A stretch of DNA of 64,000 nt from Phyllobates terribilis (GCF_046119375.1 NW_027362765.1:287556001-287620000); one strand, 5' to 3'. Shown: positions 12,101 to 22,249, numbered from the stretch's first letter. The notes: generated by a model not told the origin, from the letters alone. A program made the numbers and translations.

Positions 12101-15100
12101 AAGTCTTTTTCACATGTACTGTTGCTTAGCTCTATTCCTCCCATTCTGTATATGCTTTTTTCATTTTTATTGCCCAGATGTAGTACTTTGCATTTTTCCC
12201 TGTTAAAAACCATTCTGTTGGTTGCTGCCCACTGCTCCAGTTTATTTAGGTCTCCTCCTTACCGTGCTGATCCCAGCTCCAGTGTAGATCACCAGATCCT
12301 CTGCTCCGCGTACAGCTACTGCCAGCTCAAAAACCTTTTTCTGAAGGATTTCAGCTCCATCAACAACCTAAAAATGGCACAAAAATCAATCAAAACGTAT
12401 ATATTCACTACATAATCAGCAACTTATGTTCTGTGGTCCATGCTACCAAGTGAAACACCAACAAGACCATCATCAGCATAACTGATGTATTCTCCAAGAG
12501 GACGGTGAAGATTATTTCTCGCACAATGTCTAATAACTTAGATCACAAATGTTGTATATTAGTATCAGGGCTTATCATAATAAATAAGGCTCTGTTCACA
12601 TGTCCCTTAGAACATTCCGTTTTAGGAACAGAATAAATGATCCGTTTCATCAGTTCTACAAACAGAAGTATAGGTAAGGGAATGGTAATAGAGAGGAATT
12701 AAAAAGACGAGTTTTTCTTGATAATGCCTGCTGTTAGGAAAGTGTAATAAAACCTTTAAAGATGAATAGGTTGACATCATATGCACCCCAAAACGGTGGC
12801 AATAAAAATGTTTGTCCCTCATAGCGCTATATCGATAAAAGTAATGGCTTCAGAAACAGTACTGCTAAAAAAATTAATAAAATAATAATTACTGCGTCCT
12901 AAAGTGCAAAATTGGCTTCATTATTTAATGGGTCATTCGGTTAAAACAAATTTATCACCATCTATGGATTGGTGATAAGTTACTAATCAGGTGGCTGTAT
13001 AACCGCTGGGACTCGCACTGATCAGCAGAGCAGGGAATTTTTTGTTCTGTTACAAAATTGAGGGACATTACAACATTCATTCTCTATGGGTGTGCCGGAA
13101 AAAGCCGAGAACAGCCCTCAGCAGCCCCTTAGGGTGGTTGAGCATATGCAATGCCACTTCATACTAACTGGGAGAATGGCTCTCTGATCTGTCGCTCAGG
13201 GCGAGTCCCAACTGATGGACACCCACAGATCAATACCTTATCGCCTATCGCGTGGATAAGTGATAACCTCTTTTCACTGGACAAGCACTTTAATGGGTTA
13301 AAGCGCTTCAACATGCACTACACCTGTGTGACCAGATATGATCAGGATTGGTTAAAGCCACTAAATGTTAACAGCAAGAGTTTACCATCACTCACTGCAA
13401 GCAGAGACCTTGAAGACATTGACTGCTGAAGTGCTGTAGCTGAACTTTTCATTAGGAATGGAATAGGATTGTGCAAATCTTGTAGTCAGCTGTCACCTAT
13501 TGGGGTACGTTCAGATAATCAATACCTGACATGTATTTGCATTGGATTTTGCAGTAGAAATCTGAGGCTGTCTCACAGATTTTAGTAGCAGATTTGCATT
13601 GTGAACTGCACCGGGTACACATGTAGATTGGGGGTTTCACTGTGTGTTTGCAATCTGCGCCTTATAGGATGACAAAGTTGATTTCCTATTAAAAAAAAAG
13701 TGGTTTATGGACATCTTTTTGTCATCATTGTGCTAAAAATGAAGCACTCAATTAGCACACCTGGGCGAGCTGTTTCAAGCTGCAAGGGGTAAGAGGCATT
13801 GACAATGCAAGACAATCGTTAACGAGCGGGGTCAAATACACTAGTTTAATGATTATCTTGTGGTATAAACAGGTGGCTGATGAACGAGTGATACGCAATG
13901 ATCTTTTGTGCAGCATAAAATATCCCGGTCTCGGTGACGCATCGCTCTGTACACAGGAGTCGCACCGCCGGGAACTATGGCAGCCTATACACATTAGTTA
14001 CTTTGGTCTGCCTCTTGTAGTCCAACCAGGGCTGTGGAGTCGGTAAGCCAAACCTCCGACTCCTCAATTTGCATGACTCCAACTCCCTCATACATGGCTC
14101 ATGTTTAAGTGATAAATTTACTGTAGCACAGATTCATCTCCGCTAAAAGTCTAGACCCTTAGATCAGGAATAGGACTGACATTTATAGGACATTTCATAA
14201 CTTTCCCAAATTCTTATGAAAAAAATATTCCCCATAAACGGCATTGAATACTGTACCCAATTTATTATATATTTTAGGAGTCGGTACATTTTATACCGAT
14301 TCCGACTCCACCAAAATGGGCTTCGACTCCACCGACCAGTAAGTTTACTAGTGATGAGCAAGTAAGCCTCATTAACTCTTTCGGCAAGCACGCTCAGGGT
14401 TTCATTCATTGTCGCCGCGCCTGCAAGTGTCACGGATGTTTGACAACTGTGACACATGCAGAGATAGCCCGGCAAACAGCTGTGACACTTGCAGGCGTGG
14501 CGACAATGAATGAAACCCCGAGCGTGCTTGCCGAAAGAGTTAATGAGGCTTACTCGCTCATCACTAAAGTTTACCCATCAATGGTTGTGTCATGCCGCCG
14601 GTTGGTCCGTGTAAACACACCCTTACTTGCAGGTTGGCGGGGTCTGACAGCTGGGACCCTCAGTAACTGGGCTCTAGATGCTGCATTCCTTGTCTGGGAG
14701 GCAGCCAGGTACAGTGTGTGTTATCTCTGGCTATCCCATAAATGACTGGAGTGGCAGCGCGAATACGAGGCCATCGTTGCATTGTAGAAGGACATCTTAG
14801 AGCCGCATTCTCTGGGACCACCTGAGGTCTGTGATTAATGACTGGTCCATAAGGGGCTGTCCAGGCAAAACAAAGTCATACTCCCTTACCAGCACAAGTC
14901 CCTCCACGGTCAGCGCAGACAGGATGCCGTTATGTTTCCGCCAGAACACGCGGCCTGTGATTGGCTGCAGCGCTCAAGTGACTTTAAGTAGTACATCATT
15001 TAAAAACATCCAATGACTCGCTGGATCTCTGCAGCCAATCACAGGCCACAATGGCGCTGCGTCTGGTAGGACAGTGACATCATGGAGTCCCGGTGGGTGC

Positions 15101-15565
15101 CAGCAGAGGAGCACCACTGTTTTGTGCCCTGGTAACCCCTTCATGCTTGGCATCACCCTGGGTCAGGGGTGGCACTTGTGGTCCTTCTGGACCCGGAGTC
15201 CTCGCCTGTTGCAGCCTGATAACACAATGTCAGGTACCAGGTGACCCCTGCTGGTCTGTCACACACCGACCTCCTGCTCCCGGTATAGCAGCCGTTCCCT
15301 CCGCTGCCGCTGCCTCTCCAGCTCCTGTACCAGCTCCTCATAGCCCTCCAGCAGCTCCCGCTCCCCGGGGCTCCGCTCTGCCGGCCGCTTGTGCAGAATC
15401 CGGGAGATCTGCAGAAAAGCAGGGGGTCAGAATGTGATGTTTATCACTGGATCCATCAGCCGTAGCCACGAGCCAGCTCCACAATACCTGTCTCCGCCGC
15501 TCCCGGTGCTGCTCGCGCCGCACAATTTCCTCCCGGGCTTCTGCTTTCCGCTCTGCACGGCCCAT
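9083..15565 (-). CDS. SIRT7: NAD-dependent deacetylase sirtuin-7, coding exons 1-6: join(15488-15565,15271-15408,12263-12367,9548-9618,9393-9465,9083-9181); 3' exons lie outside the window
   Basis: Spliced translation [34 protein letters not shown]...REQE/VVDGAE...[25 protein letters not shown]...; all introns GT-AG, reading frame continuous; adjacent to MAFG as in human. Confidence 0.97.
9393..9465 (-). CDS. SIRT7: SIRT7 exon 5 (73 bp)
   Basis: [24 protein letters not shown]; cag acceptor, gtaggt donor. Confidence 0.96.
9548..9618 (-). CDS. SIRT7: SIRT7 exon 4 (71 bp)
   Basis: [23 protein letters not shown]; tag acceptor, gtgagg donor. Confidence 0.97.
11440..12252 (-). mobile_element. 5'-truncated CR1 LINE (ORF2 C-terminus plus 3' tail)
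   Basis: ORFs 11893-12213 (KCKVLHLG...[15 protein letters not shown]) and 11518-11862 ([15 protein letters not shown]); tail (ATTCTATG)2. Confidence 0.93.
12263..12367 (-). CDS. SIRT7: SIRT7 exon 3 (105 bp)
   Basis: [35 protein letters not shown]; tag acceptor, gtaagg donor. Confidence 0.97.
14027..14337 (+). mobile_element. hAT-like MITE, unexpanded relative of the element hosting the 49-bp array; 3' terminal repeat incomplete
   Basis: Starts CAGGGCTGTGGAGTCGG; single AGCACAGATTCATCTC core at 14125-14140. Confidence 0.75.
14349..14566. mobile_element. 218-bp hairpin hAT MITE
   Basis: TAGTGATGAGC...GCTCATCACTA with about 90-bp inverted arms and exact 8-bp target duplication AAGTTTAC. Confidence 0.9.
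15271..15408 (-). CDS. SIRT7: SIRT7 exon 2 (138 bp)
   Basis: [46 protein letters not shown]; cag acceptor, gtcggt donor. Confidence 0.93.
15488..15565 (-). CDS. SIRT7: SIRT7 exon 1 coding part (78 bp)
   Basis: aacATGG Kozak context with an upstream in-frame stop; gtattg donor; 79-nt intron 1. Confidence 0.93.
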
Positions 15566-15720
15566 GTTACCGGTAACTTGAAATCACCTTCCACTTCCGC
15601 GGGTAGCGCCGAACCGGATGTGACGTCATTCATGCTGCAAGGCAGACCGGTCACGTGACCAGCAACAGGACGCGTACATACTGCCCTGAGAAAGGCGCTC
15701 CTAGCAACCAATCAGATTCT
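15566..15720 (-). promoter_or_regulatory. SIRT7 5' UTR and proximal promoter
   Basis: CpG-rich; GTTACCGGTAAC 15566-15577, ETS-like ACTTCCG, TGACGTCA 15621-15628, GTCACGTGAC 15650-15659, CCAAT 15708-15712. Confidence 0.7.
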
Positions 15721-15722
15721 AA

Positions 15723-18006
15723 GGCTATGTGCCCACGATGCAGAAATGAAGCAGAAAATCTCTGCAGCATTTCTGCGTCTCCCTGGCAGAAAAAAACGTA
15801 TGCAGATTGTGCATGCGTTTTTCCTGCAGAATACATGCGGATCCACATGCGGATTCACTTGCGTTTCCGCATGCAGATTGACAAGCGCTTTCCAGGCGAT
15901 AGCATCACTTGGAAAGTGCTTGACAACTAGGTCACACTGTATAAATCCATGCAAACAGCATGGATTTATACAGTGTGAACCGTAAAAATTAAAACAAATA
16001 AAGCTATACTCACCCCCGAGGCCCCGGTGTGTGCAGCAGCGCTCGTTCCTGTCTGGTTCCTGGCTGCCGGCATATCGCGAGACAGAGCGGTGAAGGGCCT
16101 GTGGTCACATGACTGTGACGTCACCGAAGGTCCTTCAGCGCTGCCGGCATTCAGAGAGAAGCCGCCGGACAGGTGAGTATAAACTTTATTTGTTATTTAA
16201 TTCTTTTTTTACAGGTACAATGGTACCCAGGTCTGGAGGAGAGTCTCATCTCCTCCAGACTTGGGTACCATCCGCACATAGAAACGCATAGAAGCCGCTT
16301 GTACAAATGTACAGACACAGATTCTATGCGTCTCAATGCAAGTCAATGGCGGGAGTTCCGCTGCACTTCCGCAAAATTAAATGACATGCTGCGGATTTTT
16401 GTACGCAGCATGTGCATAGAACATGCGGAATCCCCTTGGGGACCATGGGGTGCGGATTACCTAGCGTTTTACAAGCGTTTCCGCTGCGGAAATTCCGCAG
16501 CATAAACGCTTGGAAAACGCTGAGGCTGTGTGCCCACGTTATGTATTACAAGCGTATATGCTGCGGAATTTCCGCAGCGTAAACGCTTGTAAAATGCATG
16601 TATATCCGCACCCCATGGTCCCCAATGGCATTCCGCAATGTCAATGCCCATGCTGCGGATTTTTCCGCAGCGTATATGCTGCGGTCAAAAATCCGCAGCA
16701 TGTTCATTAATTTTGCGGAAGCGCAGCGGAATCAATGTGCGGATGGTACCCAAGTCTGGATGAGAGGAGACTCTCATCCAGACCTGGGTACCAAAGAACC
16801 TGTAAAAAAAAGAAAAAATAAAGTTTATACTTATCTTCTGATGTCTTCCCGGTGTTTTCCAAGCCGTCGCGCTGTTGTGTGAAGGACCTGCCACGTCATT
16901 GAGTCATGTGACCCATCACATGACTCAATGACGTCACCGCAGGTCCTGCACACAACAGCGTGAGCCGCTCAAGACTCCGGACGGGGCACAGAATGCATCG
17001 GAAAGTGAGTATAAACTTTATTTTTTTATTTTTTACCATTCTGATTCTTTTTTTTTAACTATTACTTGGTCACACTATATAAATCCATGCCGGTTGCATG
17101 AATTTATATAGTGTGAACAAGTAGTCAAGCACTTTTCCAAGTGATGCTTAAATCACTTGGAGAAGTGCTTGATAACCCGCATGCGGAAATGCATGCAAAA
17201 ACGCTGCAAAGACGCCTCACAAACGCTTCTACCTGGCGGGAAAACCGCATGTAAAATCTGCATGCGATTTTCCCGCCAGGGAGAAGCGTGAAAAATATGC
17301 TTCAGTTCCGCAACGTGGGCACATAGCCTGACAAGCGCTTTCCAGGTGATTTTAGCATCACTTGGAAAGTGCTTGACAACTAGGTCACAGTATATAAATC
17401 CATGCAACCGGCATGGATTTATATAGTGTGACTGTAAGAATGTTTAAAAAAAAAAAAAAAAAAACCTATACTTACCCTCTGATGGCCCGGCGTGTGTAGC
17501 TGCGCTCGCTCCTGTCTGCCAGCTGATCGCGGGACACTGCACTGAAGGGCCTGCGGTCACATGACTGTGACGTCACCGCAGGTCCTTCAGTCCTGCCCGC
17601 AAGCACAGGGAAGGAGACCAGGGGCCGTCGGAAGGTGAATATAATCTTTATTTATTATTTTATTCTTTTTTTTACAGGTACAATGGTACCCAGGTCTGAA
17701 TGAGAGTCTCCTCTCCTCCAGAACTGGGTACCATCTGCACATTGAAACGCATATAATCCGTGAGTACAAATGTACAGACACGGATTATATGCGTCTCAAT
17801 GCAAGTCAATGGCGGGAGTTCCGCTGCACTTCCGCAAAATTAATGGACATGCTGCAGATTTTTGAGCGCTGCAGAATCCGCAGCATGGGCATAGAACTTG
17901 CGGAATCCCCTTGGGGACCATAGGGGGCCGATTACCTAGCGTTTAACAAGTGTTTACGCTGCGGAAATTCCGCAGCATATATGCTTGAAAAACGCTACGT
18001 GGGCCC
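15723..18006. mobile_element. Three copies (+, -, + truncated) of an approximately 0.8-kb Harbinger-like MITE
   Basis: Termini GGCT(A/G)TGTGCCCACG; copy 16524-17328 flanked by TGA on both sides; shared internal hairpins. Confidence 0.8.
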
Positions 18007-18540
18007 TTAGGCTATGTGCACACGATGCAGAAATGCTGCATATTTTTTGCGCTTCTCCCTGGCAGGAAAAACGCATGCAGATTTTACATGCGTTTTTCCC
18101 GCCAGGTAGAAGCGTTTGTCAAGCGTTTTTTCATGCATTTCTGTATGCGGGTTATAAAGCGCTTTCCAAGCGCTTTTAGCATCACTTGGAAAAGTGCTTG
18201 ACAACTTGTTCACACTATATAAATCCATGCAACCGACATGGATTTTATATAGTGTGACCAAGTTAGTTAAAAAATAGAATAAGAATGGTAAAAAATAAAA
18301 AAAACAGGAATTATTCCTACCGTTAATTACATTTCCAGGAGTCCATCATAACGGCACAACAGGAGTTAAGTCCTCTGTTCCTCTAGGGACAGGAAACACA
18401 TGAGAGGTTAAAAGCCCCCCCCATCACACCCTCAGTGTTAGTACTAATCACCAAACCAGGATGGATGCAACTCTATTTTATTATATACATATACCAATGT
18501 TACATTCACATTAGTGTCAAGAGCAGGGGCGGGAAATATG

Positions 18541-18630
18541 GTGTCGTTATGATGGACTCCTGGAAACGTAATTAACGGTAGGAATAATTCCTATTTTACC
18601 AGTACGTCCATCATAACGGCACGACAGGAG
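18541..18630. other. DIRS internal complementary region (ICR)
   Basis: 18541-18592 complements 18306-18357; 18595-18630 complements 21387-21422. Confidence 0.93.
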
Positions 18631-18658
18631 ACATACCAAATCAAAAGAAATGGAACAT

Positions 18659-20221
18659 TTAGGGCGGGACTACTGCTTGAAGGACTTTACGGCCATAGGC
18701 TAATTGTTGACTGGACAATACATCCAATTTATAATGTTTACTAAATGTGGATATATTGGACCAGGTTGCTGCCTGGCAAATTTGGCTCACTGACGCTCCA
18801 GCTTTCTCTGCCCAAGAAGCGGAGATTGCCCGAGTAGAATGAGCTTTAAGTGAAATTGGTGGATCCTTCCCCTCAGGTTCATACGCGAGGGCGATAGTCC
18901 TTGTCAACCACTTTGCTAGAGTCGGCTTAGAAGCTTTCTTGCCCTTATTCACACCCGAAAACTGCAGAAAAAGGTTTGAGCCTCTCCTCCAGGGGGCTGT
19001 GATTTCTATATACCGAACAATTGCCCTCCTGATGTCCAAGGTATGGAAGGATTTTTCCTTTTCATTTTTGGGGGACTGGCAGAAAGACGGCAGTATTATC
19101 TCTTGATTCAGGTTCGAACTGGACACCACCTTAGGGTGAAAGGAGGGATCCAGTTTAAGAACCAATATGTCCTCCAGAATCTTAAGGTATGGGTCCAGAA
19201 CTGAGAGAGCCTGGATCTCGCCTACCCGTTTCGCTGTAGTAACTGCCACAAGAAAGGCTGATTTCATAGAAAGCAGGTCTACTGATGTTTCTTCTAGGGG
19301 TTCAAAGGGAGACTTACATAAAGCCCTCAACACCAGGTTCAGATCCCACGGCGGTACTAGACTCCTTATCGTGGGTTTTAAACGAGAAGTTGCTTTTATG
19401 AACCTTGATATCCATGGGTGGTCTATTAAGGAGTAGTCCAAAAAAGCACTTAGGGCCGAGATATGAACTTTTAACGTATTTGGCCTCAGACCCTTATCAA
19501 TCCCCTCTTGGAGGAAATCCAATATCGTTGGAATATTGGGGCGAGATGAATTTCCCACAGACTGACCTGCAAAGCTACAGAACTGTTTCCAAATCCTAGT
19601 ATAGATGGCTGACGTTACTGGTTTCCTACAGGCTTGTAGAGTTGTAATTACCCGATGGGAAAGGCCCTTAGAGGCTAGGATCCGCCTCTCAGGTTCCATG
19701 CTGTCAATTGGAGGAATTGGATGTTCGGATGTAACAAGGGACCCTGCAATAGAAGATCTCTCCTGGCTGGGAGATCCACCGCCATCCGGTGTAGCAGAGG
19801 GAACCAGCTCTTTTTGGGTCAGTAAGGCGCTATCAGAATAAGAGCTCCCCTCTCCTGTTGGATTTTCCTTAGTACTCTTGAGATGAGAGGGACTGGAGGA
19901 AAGGCGTACACCAGTTTTGTCCCCCATGATTGAGAAAGGGCATCTATTCCTTCTGGGCTGTCGGCTGGGTCCAAGGAAAAAAAGCGCTGCAGGTTCCTGT
20001 TTTTTCTTGTTGCGAACAGGTCTATGAACGGGGTGCCCCATCGTTGAATGATTTGGTGAAACACCTCCGGATTCAGCTCCCAATCTGAGGGACCAACCCT
20101 GAAATTTGACGACCTGTGTAGGGATTGAAGGACTAATATATCCTGCCATAGACTTTTGAGATCCACGGGGGAGCGAGGACGAGTGATTTGGAAATGACGA
20201 GGGGGGGGGGGGGGGGGGCAT
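18659..20221 (-). CDS. DIRS tyrosine recombinase; open 520-codon frame, recombinase domain from about 19699 (346 aa)
   Basis: KRVGE, PKV, HSTR, ATWS, KHY motifs (R-K-H-x-x-R-W-Y); PWDLNLVL motif; no stops. Confidence 0.92.
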   Translation of the reverse strand: MPPPPPPSSFPNHSSSLPRGSQKSMAGYISPSIPTQVVKFQGWSLRLGAESGGVSPNHSTMGHPVHRPVRNKKKQEPAALFFLGPSRQPRRNRCPFSIMGDKTGVRLSSSPSHLKSTKENPTGEGSSYSDSALLTQKELVPSATPDGGGSPSQERSSIAGSLVTSEHPIPPIDSMEPERRILASKGLSHRVITTLQACRKPVTSAIYTRIWKQFCSFAGQSVGNSSRPNIPTILDFLQEGIDKGLRPNTLKVHISALSAFLDYSLIDHPWISRFIKATSRLKPTIRSLVPPWDLNLVLRALCKSPFEPLEETSVDLLSMKSAFLVAVTTAKRVGEIQALSVLDPYLKILEDILVLKLDPSFHPKVVSSSNLNQEIILPSFCQSPKNEKEKSFHTLDIRRAIVRYIEITAPWRRGSNLFLQFSGVNKGKKASKPTLAKWLTRTIALAYEPEGKDPPISLKAHSTRAISASWAEKAGASVSQICQAATWSNISTFSKHYKLDVLSSQQLAYGRKVLQAVVPP

Positions 20222-20340
20222 GGGAGAAGTCTATTTTGAAACCTTCCCCTAAGAAACGTATGATCCATTGATTTTTTGTAATGGACGCCCACTTGTCCTG
20301 AAAGAAAAGAAGCCTGCCCCCTACTCCAATGGCGTCATGG
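19675..20340 (-). pseudogene. DIRS pol remnant: N-terminus fused to the methyltransferase-like C-terminal domain; RT and RNase H absent
   Basis: VGGRLLFF...GFKIDF, then DLFAT...YAFPP...IAPY*; frameshift at an 18-nt homopolymer (20201-20218); TGA at 19819-19821 where Trp is expected. Confidence 0.85.
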
Positions 20341-20741
20341 TCTAGCTGGCCTAGGTCTTTTCTGGCGAGGAGAGGGTTGAACTATTTGGGGTGACGGCTG
20401 TGTACGGGAAGGCATGAGGCTCGAGACTGTACTCTGGACCTCCTCACGAATCATAGATCTTATATCCGTCAAAAAGGCTATACATTTTTTACACAGCCAC
20501 TTTTTATATGAGTCCTGAAGCTTCGTGTTACAGTCTACACATCGTCTTGATTTTTTGGAAGAAGATCCAGACCTCTGGGTTCCCCTCTCCTAATCCATAT
20601 AAAAATATAAAAGGACACTGGAGATTTACTATAAAAACCTGTCCTAGAATACTCTGATTTATCCAGAGAAGGGCCTAAGGCTGTACTCACACTGCCCAGG
20701 GACTCTGAAGGGGCTTCTGACCGTGAAGGATTAGCTTCCAT
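20335..20741 (-). CDS. DIRS mini-gag, 101 aa after splicing: join(20691-20741,20335-20589)
   Basis: gacaccATGG Kozak; gtgagt...ttag 101-nt intron; spliced frame gives CVDC-x12-CKKC and ends CCA TGA overlapping the pol start. Confidence 0.72.
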
Positions 20742-22249
20742 GGTGTCAGTGTGTGATCCAGGTGGTAGCCACGCCCCCAACGATAATCGCTATTCTTAAT
20801 GCCCTGGAGGCTCATCACTGCCTCCGGGCACCTGTGCGTTCTGGGTGCCGAAGCCCCTCTTCTCAATGTCGGAAGGAGAAGCGGCGTGCGCTCCACCCTG
20901 GAACGCACGCTGGCCAAAGCGGATGTCCGCCCTTCTGACTCCGCCTCCCGGGCGGATGTCACGCACCGCGCTCGGCGTGCGCTCCACCCTGGAACGCACA
21001 CCGGCCCCAAAGCGGATGTTCGCCCTGATGACTCCGCCTCCCGCCGGAAGCCATACACCGCGCTCCTCCGTGGAGCGCACGCCGGCCTTTCAGCCGGTGG
21101 GATAGCGCAACGCACAGAGCCCCCTGTCCGGGGGATACAGCGGCAAGCGGCGGTCTTCTGGCTGAGGGACCCCGCAAAGGGGTATCAGCATGGAGCCTCT
21201 GGACCGAAGGAAGGGGAGAGTTCTCAGACCCCCCCCAATCCCCCTGGCTCTCAGGTAACTTCTATCTTCGGAGAACCTCTCCATAGCGTCCTGTCCTGCT
21301 AGGGACAGGAAAAACACTGAGGGTGTGATGGGGGGGGCTTTTAACCGCTCATGTGTTTCCTGTCCCTAGAGGAACAGAGGACTTAACTCCTGTCGTGCAG
21401 TTATGATGGACGTACTGGTAAATAAAGTTTATACTCACCTTCCGGTGTCCTCCCGGTGTTATCTCTGCTGAGTCTGGTGTGTTGGGCGGCTCACGGTGGT
21501 GTGAAGGACCTGCGGTGAAGTCATTGAGCCATGTGATGGGTCACATGACTCAGTGACGTCATGGCAGGTCCTTCACAACAGCGTGAGCAATGCAAGAGAC
21601 CGGACGGAGCAGACAAAACACCGGGAGGACATCGGAAGGAGAGTATAAACTTTATTTTTTATTTTCAATTCTTTTTTTTTTTTACAGTTTCTATGGTACC
21701 CGGGTCTGGATGAGAGTCTCCTCTCCTCCAGACTTGGGTACCATCCGCACATAGAAACGCATAATATCCGTGTGTACAAATGTACTGACACGGATTATAT
21801 GCGTCTCAATGCAAGTCAATGGCGGCGATTACGCTGCGTGTCCGCAAAATTAATGGACATGCTGCGGATTTTTGAGCGCAGCATAAACTCAGCGGAAAAA
21901 TCCGCAGCATGGGCATTGACATTGCGGCTCATCATTGGGGACTATGGGGGGCGGATTACCAAGCGTTTCCAAAGCTTTTATGCTGCGGAAATTCCGCAGC
22001 ATATACGCTTGTAAAATGCTACGTGGGCACATACCCTGACTCTGTAATGTCTTTATTGTCTGTACAAGTTCCCTCTGAAATGTAAAGTGCTGCGGAATAT
22101 GTTGGCGCTATAGAAATAAAAATGATTATTTTTGCATTAGTGGCACTTAACTTTCTAGCCTTTTGTTAACCCTCGCCCAACTTTGAGATTTGTTGCTGCC
22201 ATCAATTTCTAAATGAGTTTTTTTTCAAATGAAATGGAAAAATGTCTAA

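Larger units (their letters stand above)
18305..21422 (-). mobile_element. Internally deleted DIRS1-type tyrosine-recombinase retrotransposon (3.1 kb)
   Basis: Inverted termini 18341-18439 / 21313-21411, internal complementary region 18541-18630, gag, pol remnant and recombinase ORFs. Confidence 0.95.
18010..22036 (+). mobile_element. Fourth copy of the same MITE, split by the DIRS insertion
   Basis: GGCTATGTGCACACG start, CGTGGGCACATACCC end; joining 18304 to 21423 restores sequence seen uninterrupted in the reverse complement of 16995-17060. Confidence 0.85.

Noticed and set aside
18659-20221. 520-aa ORF as a novel host gene
   Set aside because: It lies inside DIRS termini; the proline-rich N-terminus is an alternate-frame fusion across the pol deletion and homopolymer.
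20687-21317. Overlapping Arg/Ala/Pro-rich ORFs on both strands
   Set aside because: Expected from high GC content and the 91-bp duplication in the DIRS leader.
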